DNA from: an uncultured archaeon
GTDB lineage: Archaea; Thermoplasmatota; Penumbrarchaeia; JASLWR01
Reading direction: 5' to 3'
NCBI GenBank assembly: GCA_964342815.1
Contig: CAYFHS010000035.1
Span: 5,077-46,548, forward strand
DNA length: 41,472 nt
In this document: positions 25,167 to 36,674 of the stretch, in pieces
Position numbering within the stretch: position 1 is the stretch's first letter
Layout of the letters: each line of letters starts with the position of its first letter
The notes under the pieces: generated by a model
The model's database searches: none
Told to the model about the DNA's origin: nothing
Seen by the model: only the letters and a program-made list of their open reading frames with translations
Program-made: the position numbers and the translations under genes

Positions 25167-28100
25167 ATGGTGAATGAATCGGTTAAAAAAACGGCGGAAA
25201 AGGCGAATTCCGAGGAAGATACTTCCGAGATAGATCAGCAGAAAGATGATCACAACGGGAAGGAAATCTCCGAAGAGAATCGCATCTCTGCGGAAGGAGA
25301 GGAAGAGGATAAAGGATCCAAGATCGATGAAACCCTTTCTGAAGAAAGCGATCTCTCGTCTCAGGTGGAGCATGAGCGCATGTATGATGAACAATCTCCT
25401 GATGCTCTCACCCTCATTGGCGATCTGAAAGAGGGTGGACGTTACAAAGGCATCATCACCGCTATAAAGGACCTTCGTTCGTCTATGGATGAAAAGATAC
25501 AGGTCCGTCTCCGAAAGATAAGCGAACAACGTTTGGAAGAAGCCGAACAGTCTCTAAACGATTTAGAGGAGGAGAGCGGAAGGGACTTCGACGAACTGAG
25601 AGATTTTCTTGAACATGCCAATACAGCAATGTCTCAGGGCGATTATGATTCTGTTGATACCTTTTTGGATTCGTACATCAGGACCAAGGAAAGCCATGAG
25701 GACCGTGTTCTTTTGGAAAAATACCGGCAGGAAATGAAAAAACTCCGTTCTGACTTATCCATTCTTGAAGAAGCCGGAATTGAACCGCCCGGTAGTGAAA
25801 GGAATATTTCCTCCATTGAAAGAGGTATGGCAGCCCGGCAGTTTGACATGGTAAAAGAAATGATGAAGGAAACAGCTCAGCGGATCAATGATGCAAAGAC
25901 CACTACCGCCAAGAACGTCGCACGAATCGAATTCGCCAGTGTGAAGAGCTCCTTTGACAGACTGAAAAAGACCGGTTTAGAGCTCACAGAAGAAAAAAAG
26001 ATATTCCGAGATGCAATGATCGCTATCAAGAAACAGCAATACCTTGAAGGATGTATACTTCTACGTCGCACAAGCCATTTGCTGGAAAAAGCAGATACGG
26101 GGCGATTGAGGGGGGTTTTATCATCCCGTCTTGAGGAGCACCGAAAATTCTTTTTAATGATCGAGAGCCAGCAGTATTTCTCTGCAGATTACCGTAATAG
26201 CATAAAGGAAGCATTGAATGACCTCGAGGGAATGATCGATGAAGGACAGATAAGCAAAGCGGAATCGGAAATGAAGATGTTTCACAAAATTATGCAGGAT
26301 CTGAAGGACAAAATGGATAAATTCGACCGCACGAAGGTATTGTCGGATGAAGTGACGACACTAATGGAAAAGTCTGAGGAAATGGAAATAGATGTCAAGA
26401 AAGAAATGGAGATGGCCGAGGAGAGTAAGAAACATTTGGAATCGGATAACACGGAGGACGCACATATCCTTCTTATCCAGACGAAGAACTCTCTCCTAAA
26501 TCGGATGGAACAACACCTCAGAGGAGAAGCCGAGAAGCAGTTGAAGGAAGGAAAGAGCGCCATATATGATAATCGAGAGGTAATTGAAGATACTTCCAAG
26601 ATCAATCTTCACCTATTGAATGCAAATACATATTTTGCTCAAAGGAAATATGAACACACAATAAAAACAGTATCCAAGATAATACAGCTGATCGGCGAAA
26701 TGAAAGAGCGAAAAACCACATCAGCAACGAAAAGCCTATTTTCGGAAGCGGAAACGGCCATAAACGAAAACAAAGAAAGAGGAATCAAGGTTTTCGAATC
26801 TGAAGCACTTTATTACAAAGCCAAGTTCTTTTTTGAAAAGAACGACCTTGATCAAGCCACCACTTACGCCAGAAGTTCTCTGAATTGCACTATACGGGAA
26901 CGGACCGAAGTAGAGAAGAAGAAAGCCCGCCTCCCTCTTACCCAGGCTCAGCAATTCATGAAGGAAGCGGTTGCTATCGGTGCGGATGTGAAGGCTTCCA
27001 GTGGGATTATAATAAGTGCTCAGAAATATTTTGACAATGGAAAATTCTCCAAGGCCGCGGAGTGGGCGAATCTTGCCAAAAACGAGATCGAGGAATCCAT
27101 AAACAAGCGATTGTTATCTATCATAAAAGACAAAAAACACGAAGTTGAGTCGTTATTCGCTGAAGCTGGAGAAATTAATCTGGATATCGATGTGGAAAGT
27201 CGGCATTTCAGTACTATTGATGAGCTTCAGACTGGAAAAAAATACCGTGAAGCCATTGATGTTCTCAAAATGATACAGAGTTCTATGAAAAAGATGATCA
27301 AGGAAGGAATAAGGAGGATAAATGCCGAAAAGATCGATAATGCTCAGGAATCCCTTTCTGTGCTGCAAGAGACGTGGGGACTGAATTTTGAGGAGCTGGG
27401 AGAAACCTTGGAAATGGCAAGTTCTGCGCTTCAGGAGGGCCGATACGAAATCCTAGATGCCCATATCGAGGAATTCTCAAGGACGCGGGAACGACATCAC
27501 AATGTTCGTTTATCTGAATCCTATGCGAGCAAAGTCGCGGATGTAGCACCTGACCTTGAAACCCTTAAGGGTCTTGGGATCGATATTTCGGGGGCGGATG
27601 AGTTGGTGGCATCCGTCAGCCATAGTATAACCAATTTTAATTTCGAGGATACGGAAAGATATTTGGCCAAATTATCGGAATTTATCGATGATGCCAGAAC
27701 GGTGAAGGCCAAAAAACGAGCCGGAGAGTACTTCAAAAAGACGAAAGGGATATTCCTTGAAATGAAGGACGAGGGTATTCCCATGGATGAGGCAAAGGAA
27801 CTTATCAAGGGAGCCCTTGGATATATCAATTCAAAGGATTATATAAAGGCAATCGAGGGGACACTGGTCGCCGAAAATGCTTTGTATGAGGCCAGAGACC
27901 GGTACTACAAAGCAGCCACGATAGTTCTTCTCGGTGAGATAAAGGAAATGGAGGGCGAGGGGGGAAAGTTAGGACTTGACCTTTCGGGCATCACTGGAAT
28001 GACCGGAGAGATTCAGACAAGTATTGAACAAGGGAACTTTTTGGAAGCTAGGGACTTGGCTGTACTCTGTAGTGATGAGCTTAAGAAAACCATAGAGAGC

Positions 28101-31100
28101 AAATTATTGGACATGCTGGAAAACAGCATGTCCCGATTAATGCCAGCCCTGGAAGAGGCAAGCGAAATTGGAGCTGATGTAAATGAAGAAAACGAAGTGC
28201 TCCCACAGCTCATAGAGATGAAAGAGAAGAAACAATACAGGGCGGCCATGGAAAGGATTGATTCACTGGCAAGATCGGTTGATAAGAAAAGAAATGCCCG
28301 ATTAAGACAGCTAAATTCCCAAAAGGTCTATGTCGCTGTGAACACAATGCTTACTCTTCAGGAGGAGACCGGGTGGGAATTGGACGAATTACAGATTCAT
28401 CTCGATAAAGCCCAGGAATCTCTGGAAAGGAACAATTATGAGGGAGTGGATGCTCATCTAAACGAATATTTTCAGTTGAAATCCGAAGCTAAGAACCGTT
28501 TTTTAAATGAAAAATACAGCAAGGAGCTACACGAGATAACTAGCAATATTCCCACACTACGGAAAGTGGGTATCGAAATTGACGATACGGATGAATTGAT
28601 CAATATCATTGAAGAAGACCTATCAAACAATAATTTCGACATGGTTGCAAAGAAAATGGATGACCTGTCGGCGTTGATGGATGAAGCAAGATCTATACGG
28701 GCAAGAAAACTGGCAAATAGGAGTTTCAATGATGCCAAAGGATTGTTCGTTCGGCTCAGGGATACCGATCTAGATATAAAAAAGGAGAAAGAGGATTTCA
28801 AAAAAGCAGTTGAAATGACGAAATCCAGGGATTTCGTAGGTGCTTGTGAGTTGATTTTAGATCTTATCGAACGGTTGGAGAAAGCCAATGAGGGTTATGT
28901 CCTCACAAAACTATACCAACAGCTTGAGGAAGCTGAAGTTTTCCATAAGAAATTACATGCACATGAGTACTTCCCCATAGAGACGAAGCGAGATTTCAAG
29001 AATTCTCTCAATGGGGTAATAACTATACTGGGAGAGAAAAATCTGTCTCTTGCAGGGGCCGAAATGAAAGATCTCGTTGATCGTATCATGCATTTGGAAT
29101 CAATTATGAGCAATTTCAACGAAACTTCAGGTCTTTTAACTGAACTGGGAGACCTGGTGGCGACGGGAAAGAAAATGGCCCTCGATACAGAGGTGGAAGA
29201 GCGGTCCCTCACGGAAGCCATGGAACTGAAGAGGACCGACAAGTTCATCGAAGCTATTTCCTTATTGAAGGAAGCCAAAGATGGCCTGGAACTTAAGATC
29301 GAAAACCGTAACGCCGAATTGGCAAAAGAATCAATCGAACAGGCTGAAAAGGACCTTGAGGACAGCATAGATATTTTCAAGGATCCCGATGCAATGATGC
29401 AGCGCCTGTCGGATGCAAAAGTTTTGTACGATAGAAAGGAGTATGAACATGCAGCCGAGATTTCGCGGGGGCTTATTCATATTATCGAGGAGGCCCGAGA
29501 ACAGAGAACGATAAAGGAACTTGGCCGTTTTATCAAGGATGCCCGGGATTTAATCGACGAGAATGAAAAACTAGGGATAGAAATATTCCAGTCCGACGCG
29601 CTCTATTATAAAGCAAGGTATCATTTCGAGAGAAAGGAGTACGAACAATCTCGGAAGTATTGTGACGAGGCCAAGGAAAACACAATAGAGAGCAGGACTG
29701 AGTTCCTTAGACGGGGGGCATCCGACGGCCTTAACGAAGCCTTGGACCGTTTGAAGAAATCCGTTGAGCTTAAATTGGATGTAAGCGACCCCGAGGAAAG
29801 GTTAAAAGAAGCAAGGAAACTCCATGAGGACAAGAAATATGAGGAAGCTAGAGCTCTCATAAACAACATTATAGATGAATTGGAAAAACAGCAATTCCAG
29901 CATCAAAAGGAAACACTCTCCGCCCAAATGAAGGATTTCAGGGAGTTCATCAAAAACCTTCAATCTCTTACCTATATTTCGGAGGAGTATGCCAGCAGAG
30001 TGGAACTGACCTATGAGGTGATGGAAGATCTGTTCCGGCAGGATGAACTCAGCAAACTCGAGATTAAGATCAGCCTGTTCCGGGACGATATGTCCAAACT
30101 TGAGAGAATGATGGGGCACCACGATGAGGCCCAACAGTTGATGCAATCTATCCAGCATCAGAGACATCGTGTTAGGGAACTTGATATCGATATCAGAAAG
30201 GAAGACGGTTGGTTGGATGATGCCCAGATGATGATGCAGGAGAAAAGATTCCGGGAAGCCACGCAGTTATTGAAAGGGACAAAAAATTCTCTTGAGAATA
30301 AAATAGAGATATTCCGGATGAAAAACGCTCAGGGCCTGCTGGAAAGGGCAGTTAGAATGGTGGAAGAGAATCAAAATATTATTGAAGAACTAAGTTCAAT
30401 GGAAGAATATTTCTCCACGGCAACCCGATTCATAGAGAAAAAGCAATACCTGGAGGCAACCGATTCACTCACCGAGCTGATACGTCTCATAGAGGAGATC
30501 CGGGAAAGGAAGAGATCGGAAGATATCGGAAACCTGCTTGATGAGATCAGAGAACTAATGATGGAGAACCAGAGCTTGGGTCTGGACATCTCCCCTTACA
30601 AAGACCGTTTGGACCAAGCAAGAGCATCACTGGAGAGAAAGAACTACGGATTGGCCGAGAAATACGGAAGAGAGGTCAGAGAAATCGCAATTGACAGCCA
30701 ACGAGCGTTTTACAAGATAAAATCCGCTTCACAACTCGAGGAGGTTATGGAAGGGATTCAGGAACTTAAAGACTTGGGTATCCAGACTTCAATCATGGAA
30801 GAGGAACTTGAAAATGTTCTGCTACTTCGGGAAAAGGCGGAATTCCACAAAGCAGTGGATCATTCCCTTAGCATCATTGACAGTATTAATGAAACGAGAA
30901 AACACCATTTCCGCGGCCAAGTTTCAGCATCTCTCACTGATCTGGATAAGATGATGGATAGAGGACGGGAGCTGGGTATTGAACTCAGCTCACTGAAAGA
31001 TGAGATGACCAGATGCACCACCTTATCCGAGGAAGAGAATTTCAAGGACGCCGTTGAGCTTTCAGAATCAGTGCGATCGAGATTGAGTGAGCTGATAGAC

Positions 31101-34100
31101 CAGCGCTTGAATGAACGAACCCAGAGGAAGATCGATGATCTGTCTGAGGCTGTGGAAAAAGCGATATCCCTTTCTATCGACGTAAGCGCAGAAAGCGAAG
31201 CCCTTAGAAACGTTGAGGTGATTCAAAAGGAAGCAAGATACGAGGAAGCTGCCGATATTATTCTTTCCAACAAGGTTTCAGTTGACAACAAGATAAATTC
31301 CTATCTCAGAAAGACGAGTATGGGAAAGGTGAATGATATTGCCAAGGAGCTTTCATCTTTCCAGGAGGAGACGGGGAAGGAATACTCAGAACTGGAATCC
31401 CTCGTGGAGCTTGCTAACAAATCCATAGAGAAAATGGATTACGATGCGCTGGATTCTATCATTCAGGAATTTGGAAAATTGAAGGAGGCTCACAAGAAGA
31501 ACTACTGGAGTGGGTGGTACAGCGAGCAGATCGAAATTCTGAAGGGTGAGAAACAGGATATCATGAGGACCAGTTTCGACGTCTCCTTTGTTGCCAAACA
31601 GCTAGAAATTTTGAAGGATACGGTTTCTCGATCCGATTTCGAAGCGGCTAAAGAGGTCCTGGGAGAGGTGAAATCCGCAATCAGAGAAATAAAGATGGTA
31701 CAATTGAGGGTAATGGCCAAGGATATCATCAGCGAAACCAAAACCATCTTCGATAACATGAAGAATACCGATGTTGAACTTGAGCGTGAGATGAAAATAT
31801 TCTCGGAAGCCTGGGACAGTTTCAAATCAAGGGATTTCGTAGACGCGGTTGTGCAGAGCTCCGAAGCGAGGGAATTGATCCAAAGTGCCCATGATGGCTA
31901 CTTCAAAGAGCAGGCATTGTCCATCCTCGAAGATATAACTGTGATGATGGGTGAAAACGAGGACCTGATGCTTGACACCCGGAGACTGAGGGAGACCACC
32001 GATGACTTGAAATTGCATCTCGATGAGCGTGATGTGCACAGTTCCATAGAAATAGCAAATGGCACTTGGGAAGAGTTACAGGATATGGTGGAAGCCGCGC
32101 TGAACCAAAATGTGGAAAAAGCTTTGGATGACTTACGCGAAAAGATGGAGGAAGCCGTCGCGTTGGAACTCGATCTCGGCGACGAAAATGAATCACTGAA
32201 TGTTATCGAAGGACATAAAGGTGAAAAAAGGTACCGTGAGGCCTTGAATATCCTTGAGAAAAACCAGACTGTACTGGCAGATAAGATAATTGAAGGAACA
32301 GTGAAAAAACATTCAAGGATGATAGATGAGGCAAGAAATGCATTGGCAAGCCTGGAGGAAGAAACCGAGAAGGATTACCGTGGGCTTCGGGCAATGCTGG
32401 ATGAGGCGTTTCGGGCAAATGGAAAAAAAGAGTTCGACGCTGTGAAAGATCGCCTGGAAGAATTCTACGAATCTAAAGATAAACAATATGAACGGGCTCT
32501 TTCTGAAAAATATTCAAAGCAGATGTCTAGTCGTGAACTGGAGATTACCCGCATCAGGGAACTGGGTATCGACTGCACTATAGGAGACGACCTTCTATCT
32601 TCTGCCCGTGATCATCTTTATAAAAACGAATTTGCTATGGTACTCAATTTCCGACAAAGTCTTGATGAGTTTATAAAGGATGCGAAGACCGTACAGGCCA
32701 AGAACCTGGCAAAAGATCTAATGCAGAAGGGGAAAACGGGGATACGGAATTTGAAAGGGGTCGGAAGGGAAGTGATCGAAGAGACCAAGGTTTTAAAGGA
32801 AGCTATTAATCATATAAAGGAGGGAGAATTCCTCAAAGGATGCGAGCTTGCACTGGAAGCAAACCGGATGCTTGAGGCCGCTTATGAAGAACACCTCAAG
32901 AATGATATCACTTCTCAGCTGGCAGCTTTCAGAGAATTTTACAGGGAAGTCGAGAAGAACAAGTATTTCACAAGCGAATACAAGCTGAGACTCAAGGCAA
33001 TGATCGAGGCTGCGGAGTTCGGGCTTCACCAGAATAGGTTGAAAGAGGTATTGGAGGGAGTTGAGGCCTTTAAGGCAGTGATCTCGGAAACAAGAGCAAG
33101 AATGGAAAATTTTCAAAAAAGCGAACATCTCTTGAAGATCAATGACGAACTTTTTGGAACTGCATTAACGCTGAGTATAAACGTGGCTCTGGAAAGGACC
33201 ATATTAAAAGAGGTAGAAAGATTAAACGTCAGTGGTAGACTGGACGATGCACTGCCGTTATTAAAAGAAGCCAACGAATCCCTTGAGAACAAAATAGACC
33301 TCACCCGGATGGAGGAAGCCAACACTTTATTCGAAAAGGTGATTAATAAAGTTAGCGAGAATGAGGAAGCAGTCAAAAACATTTCGGGGTTGGACGACCT
33401 GATCTCCACAGCTAAAGTACATATGGGTGAAAAGAAATACGATCGTTTCACAGAGGTTTCAGAACGTATCATACGACTGGTCACCGAGGCTAAGGAAAAG
33501 CAGCTTGTGGATGAGATAAGACCTTTGATCGCCGAATGTGCAAGTATTATCGAAGAGAACCGGGAGAGCGGTATTAACATTTTCAATTCGGAGGGAATGC
33601 TGAACAAAGCTAAACTATTCCTTGAGAGAAAGGAGTACGAACTGGCGGAGGAACACTCAAAGAGTGCTCTTGAGCAAGCTCTGAGTGACCGACGTGGATT
33701 TGATAAGAAAAACGCCTCTTCAGCCCTTGCCGCCGCATGGGGTATGATAAGCAAATCACTTGAAATGGGGCTTGAGATATCTGAAATCGAGGCCATGATG
33801 GCTACTGCACAGGTTCTTTTCAAGGAGGAGAAATTCGTTAAGGCAGCCGAGGCGGCCAAGGAAGCAAGGTCCGTAGTAATGAATGGATGGGAGAAGCATT
33901 ACGTTGAGAACACCGCAAAACTAAAAAAACAGATCTCGGAAATGGTGGAAGAAGGTAGGGAACTGGAATTGGACATGACTCCTATCGAGGAAATGATGGA
34001 AAAGACGGAAACGCATCTCAAAGAAGCAAACTTCAAAGATGCAGAGGGTGTCGCAAGAGAGACCAAGGACATACTTGGGGAAATGATCCGTTCGAAGCTT

Positions 34101-36674
34101 TCTGAAATCCTTCAGGCAAGGATACTTGATTTTTCAAATGCTATTGAGGAGGCAAAGGAGAAGGAAATCAGTATCGAGGATGAGGCTGACGCTCTGGTAG
34201 TAATAAAGAACCTGAAGAAAGGAGGGAAAATCAAGGAGGCTATCAGTACAATAAAAGGGATACAAACCTCTCTCGATACCAAATTAACAGAATATCGGAA
34301 GAAAGTCCACTTTGCTAGAATCAAGGAGGCTCGACACGAGTTAGACGAACTGGAAAGTGAAACCGGCGGACATTATAAGGAACTTCATTCCTACCTGTTT
34401 TCTGCCAAGGGTGCAATAGAAGGTGAAGATTTCGATGCTGAGAATGAATACCTTGAGAAGTTCCACAAGTACAAGACAGAATGCTCTATTCGATATTATA
34501 CGAAAAATTATACGGAAGAACTCGGAGAACTAAATGGAAAGAAAGATACAATACGGGAAGCAGGCATCGATGTGACGGATATAGATGGGATTTTGAGCAC
34601 GGTTGAAACAAGTGTGGCAGAAGAGGATTTCGAAAGTGCTCGACTCAGTTTAGATGTAGGAAAGGACCTTCTGGTGGAAGCTGAAACAGTAAGGGGCAAG
34701 GAGCTGGCATCTGGACTGTTGGAGGAACTCGGGAGAAAAACCACCGAAATCGAGGATCGGGACATAGATATCAAAACAGTTGCACAGGAGCTGGAACAAG
34801 TTCGCAGCCTTTTCGAAAAGGGAGATTACCTTGACATTTGTCGTACGATCCCGGAAATCGAAGCAAGCCTGGCAGATATCAGGGAAAAACATTACATAGA
34901 ACAGACAAAAGCGGCCCAATCGGAGATAGATCGGACAATGGAGCAAGGCCGCGGATTGGGCATTGACCTTGCTGAAATAGAGGAGAAGGCATCCATGGCC
35001 CAATATCATTTTGACTCCAATAGGTTTGAGGAGGCCCATGATGTTTTCAATCTAGCGCTCTCCGCTCTTAATGAGCTGATATCCGGGGAGCTTTCGCGTC
35101 GGATAAATACAAGCCTGTCCTCCATACATCCAATGATGGATGAGATCAAGGGATTTGGTATGGATGTGGGTAGTGAACTTAAAATACTGTCCGCGATAGG
35201 TGAGATGGAATCGGCAGGGAAGCTGGGTGATGTGCTTCCGATACTAGATGATGTGAAACAAACCCTCTATGACAAAAAGGACGCTTTTTTCAAGGAATTG
35301 AATTTGAACAAGATCAGTGAAGCCAGGAAAGATCTCGAGACGCTTCGAGATGAAACCGGTGGGGAACTGGAGGAGTTAACGCCACTCCTTGATAGAGCAG
35401 CAAAGGCTGTTGATGAAGGGAACTATGGAGAAGTGGATGTGGCTCTTGAAGACTTTCACTCCTTTAAAAGAACATATCGTGAACAATTTGCAAGGGGGAA
35501 ATTCGGGGAGGAAATGCAGGAATTGAAGGAAGATATCGACGAGTTAACGGGTTTCGGGATTGATCTGTCCTCGGCCGAGATGCTTCTCAACAGTACAAAG
35601 GATGTGCTGGATAGTGCTGAGCTGGACAAAATTGCCGAATCAATCACCGGGATAAACGAACTTTTGGAATACGCAAGGACAGAAGAAGTGGAAAAGAAGG
35701 CAAAGGAGTATTTTGCCATATCAAAAAAGATCTACACTCAATTAAAAGAAACGGATATGGATATCAAAGAGGAGAAGAATGTTTTCAGTAAAGCAGTGGA
35801 GTCTTTGAAGAAAAAGGACTACATTGCTGGTATAAGGTACGCTCTCAAAGCCAAGGAGCTTTTGAATCGGGCCCAGGAAAGGTATCTGGTCGAGAGGAGT
35901 TCAGCATCTGTAAAAGGTTTGCAGGTGTTGATGGACGAATCGAGGGAGATAGGTATGGATATTACATCAGTAGAAGTGATAATGTCCGACATACATGACT
36001 CTCTCAAACGCGATGATTTCAAAGGATTGGAAGAGCTGGTGGAAAAAGGAAAAGGGATCATTGCGGTGGCGCGGGAAGCGCATTTCGTCGAGATTGCAAC
36101 TGTATCATCTGATGAATTGGGAAGATTATTTGATGAAGCCCATAACCTTGACTTGGATGTCACTGAAGAGAAGAAGATTCCCGAGCAGGTAAAAGAACTT
36201 CTCCTGGCGGGTAATGCGAAGGAAGCAGCCGAGATGGCTGAAAAAGGCAGAGGGGATTTGCAAGCTCAGATCAATTCAAAGCTATCCGGGATACTAGGTA
36301 AGCGCTTGGATTCTGTAAAGCAGTTGATGGATCAGGGAAAAGACCTAGAGCTGGATATGACGAGGGAAGAGGAGGCCATGTCCGTAATGGAGGGTCTTCG
36401 GGAGATGGGCAAGTATCGTGATGCCATAGGGGCAATAAAGGCGATACAAGCGTCTCTGAGAGGTAAGTTGGAGGAACGGCGGGGGCCTGTCGAAGCTGCA
36501 ACATCTCCGGAAGCCCCGAAAGTTGCGGCCCTGGAAATCGAGAAAAATTCTTTGAGCCAGGAGATTGAGGGTCTGAACCAGGAAAAAGCGGGCCTTGAGC
36601 AGCAGAAGGCATCCATCCAAAATAGAAAGGCAGAGCTTATGGCACTCATTGCTCAAAAGGGAGGGGGCGTATAA
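25167..36674 (+). CDS. Giant (3835 aa) soluble all-helical repeat protein of unknown function
   Basis: Uninterrupted 11.5-kb ORF. Recurring ~55-aa helix-turn-helix units (e.g. 'xGIDIS..', 'ETGxE(Y/F/L)xEL'). No TM segment or signal peptide seen. C-terminal heptad coiled coil. Confidence 0.9.
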   Translation: MVNESVKKTAEKANSEEDTSEIDQQKDDHNGKEISEENRISAEGEEEDKGSKIDETLSEESDLSSQVEHERMYDEQSPDALTLIGDLKEGGRYKGIITAIKDLRSSMDEKIQVRLRKISEQRLEEAEQSLNDLEEESGRDFDELRDFLEHANTAMSQGDYDSVDTFLDSYIRTKESHEDRVLLEKYRQEMKKLRSDLSILEEAGIEPPGSERNISSIERGMAARQFDMVKEMMKETAQRINDAKTTTAKNVARIEFASVKSSFDRLKKTGLELTEEKKIFRDAMIAIKKQQYLEGCILLRRTSHLLEKADTGRLRGVLSSRLEEHRKFFLMIESQQYFSADYRNSIKEALNDLEGMIDEGQISKAESEMKMFHKIMQDLKDKMDKFDRTKVLSDEVTTLMEKSEEMEIDVKKEMEMAEESKKHLESDNTEDAHILLIQTKNSLLNRMEQHLRGEAEKQLKEGKSAIYDNREVIEDTSKINLHLLNANTYFAQRKYEHTIKTVSKIIQLIGEMKERKTTSATKSLFSEAETAINENKERGIKVFESEALYYKAKFFFEKNDLDQATTYARSSLNCTIRERTEVEKKKARLPLTQAQQFMKEAVAIGADVKASSGIIISAQKYFDNGKFSKAAEWANLAKNEIEESINKRLLSIIKDKKHEVESLFAEAGEINLDIDVESRHFSTIDELQTGKKYREAIDVLKMIQSSMKKMIKEGIRRINAEKIDNAQESLSVLQETWGLNFEELGETLEMASSALQEGRYEILDAHIEEFSRTRERHHNVRLSESYASKVADVAPDLETLKGLGIDISGADELVASVSHSITNFNFEDTERYLAKLSEFIDDARTVKAKKRAGEYFKKTKGIFLEMKDEGIPMDEAKELIKGALGYINSKDYIKAIEGTLVAENALYEARDRYYKAATIVLLGEIKEMEGEGGKLGLDLSGITGMTGEIQTSIEQGNFLEARDLAVLCSDELKKTIESKLLDMLENSMSRLMPALEEASEIGADVNEENEVLPQLIEMKEKKQYRAAMERIDSLARSVDKKRNARLRQLNSQKVYVAVNTMLTLQEETGWELDELQIHLDKAQESLERNNYEGVDAHLNEYFQLKSEAKNRFLNEKYSKELHEITSNIPTLRKVGIEIDDTDELINIIEEDLSNNNFDMVAKKMDDLSALMDEARSIRARKLANRSFNDAKGLFVRLRDTDLDIKKEKEDFKKAVEMTKSRDFVGACELILDLIERLEKANEGYVLTKLYQQLEEAEVFHKKLHAHEYFPIETKRDFKNSLNGVITILGEKNLSLAGAEMKDLVDRIMHLESIMSNFNETSGLLTELGDLVATGKKMALDTEVEERSLTEAMELKRTDKFIEAISLLKEAKDGLELKIENRNAELAKESIEQAEKDLEDSIDIFKDPDAMMQRLSDAKVLYDRKEYEHAAEISRGLIHIIEEAREQRTIKELGRFIKDARDLIDENEKLGIEIFQSDALYYKARYHFERKEYEQSRKYCDEAKENTIESRTEFLRRGASDGLNEALDRLKKSVELKLDVSDPEERLKEARKLHEDKKYEEARALINNIIDELEKQQFQHQKETLSAQMKDFREFIKNLQSLTYISEEYASRVELTYEVMEDLFRQDELSKLEIKISLFRDDMSKLERMMGHHDEAQQLMQSIQHQRHRVRELDIDIRKEDGWLDDAQMMMQEKRFREATQLLKGTKNSLENKIEIFRMKNAQGLLERAVRMVEENQNIIEELSSMEEYFSTATRFIEKKQYLEATDSLTELIRLIEEIRERKRSEDIGNLLDEIRELMMENQSLGLDISPYKDRLDQARASLERKNYGLAEKYGREVREIAIDSQRAFYKIKSASQLEEVMEGIQELKDLGIQTSIMEEELENVLLLREKAEFHKAVDHSLSIIDSINETRKHHFRGQVSASLTDLDKMMDRGRELGIELSSLKDEMTRCTTLSEEENFKDAVELSESVRSRLSELIDQRLNERTQRKIDDLSEAVEKAISLSIDVSAESEALRNVEVIQKEARYEEAADIILSNKVSVDNKINSYLRKTSMGKVNDIAKELSSFQEETGKEYSELESLVELANKSIEKMDYDALDSIIQEFGKLKEAHKKNYWSGWYSEQIEILKGEKQDIMRTSFDVSFVAKQLEILKDTVSRSDFEAAKEVLGEVKSAIREIKMVQLRVMAKDIISETKTIFDNMKNTDVELEREMKIFSEAWDSFKSRDFVDAVVQSSEARELIQSAHDGYFKEQALSILEDITVMMGENEDLMLDTRRLRETTDDLKLHLDERDVHSSIEIANGTWEELQDMVEAALNQNVEKALDDLREKMEEAVALELDLGDENESLNVIEGHKGEKRYREALNILEKNQTVLADKIIEGTVKKHSRMIDEARNALASLEEETEKDYRGLRAMLDEAFRANGKKEFDAVKDRLEEFYESKDKQYERALSEKYSKQMSSRELEITRIRELGIDCTIGDDLLSSARDHLYKNEFAMVLNFRQSLDEFIKDAKTVQAKNLAKDLMQKGKTGIRNLKGVGREVIEETKVLKEAINHIKEGEFLKGCELALEANRMLEAAYEEHLKNDITSQLAAFREFYREVEKNKYFTSEYKLRLKAMIEAAEFGLHQNRLKEVLEGVEAFKAVISETRARMENFQKSEHLLKINDELFGTALTLSINVALERTILKEVERLNVSGRLDDALPLLKEANESLENKIDLTRMEEANTLFEKVINKVSENEEAVKNISGLDDLISTAKVHMGEKKYDRFTEVSERIIRLVTEAKEKQLVDEIRPLIAECASIIEENRESGINIFNSEGMLNKAKLFLERKEYELAEEHSKSALEQALSDRRGFDKKNASSALAAAWGMISKSLEMGLEISEIEAMMATAQVLFKEEKFVKAAEAAKEARSVVMNGWEKHYVENTAKLKKQISEMVEEGRELELDMTPIEEMMEKTETHLKEANFKDAEGVARETKDILGEMIRSKLSEILQARILDFSNAIEEAKEKEISIEDEADALVVIKNLKKGGKIKEAISTIKGIQTSLDTKLTEYRKKVHFARIKEARHELDELESETGGHYKELHSYLFSAKGAIEGEDFDAENEYLEKFHKYKTECSIRYYTKNYTEELGELNGKKDTIREAGIDVTDIDGILSTVETSVAEEDFESARLSLDVGKDLLVEAETVRGKELASGLLEELGRKTTEIEDRDIDIKTVAQELEQVRSLFEKGDYLDICRTIPEIEASLADIREKHYIEQTKAAQSEIDRTMEQGRGLGIDLAEIEEKASMAQYHFDSNRFEEAHDVFNLALSALNELISGELSRRINTSLSSIHPMMDEIKGFGMDVGSELKILSAIGEMESAGKLGDVLPILDDVKQTLYDKKDAFFKELNLNKISEARKDLETLRDETGGELEELTPLLDRAAKAVDEGNYGEVDVALEDFHSFKRTYREQFARGKFGEEMQELKEDIDELTGFGIDLSSAEMLLNSTKDVLDSAELDKIAESITGINELLEYARTEEVEKKAKEYFAISKKIYTQLKETDMDIKEEKNVFSKAVESLKKKDYIAGIRYALKAKELLNRAQERYLVERSSASVKGLQVLMDESREIGMDITSVEVIMSDIHDSLKRDDFKGLEELVEKGKGIIAVAREAHFVEIATVSSDELGRLFDEAHNLDLDVTEEKKIPEQVKELLLAGNAKEAAEMAEKGRGDLQAQINSKLSGILGKRLDSVKQLMDQGKDLELDMTREEEAMSVMEGLREMGKYRDAIGAIKAIQASLRGKLEERRGPVEAATSPEAPKVAALEIEKNSLSQEIEGLNQEKAGLEQQKASIQNRKAELMALIAQKGGGV

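Noticed and set aside
25167-36674. Giant protein as an SMC/Rad50 chromosome-segregation ATPase or phage tape-measure protein
   Set aside because: No Walker A/B, signature or hinge motifs, no TM segments, and no viral genes nearby.
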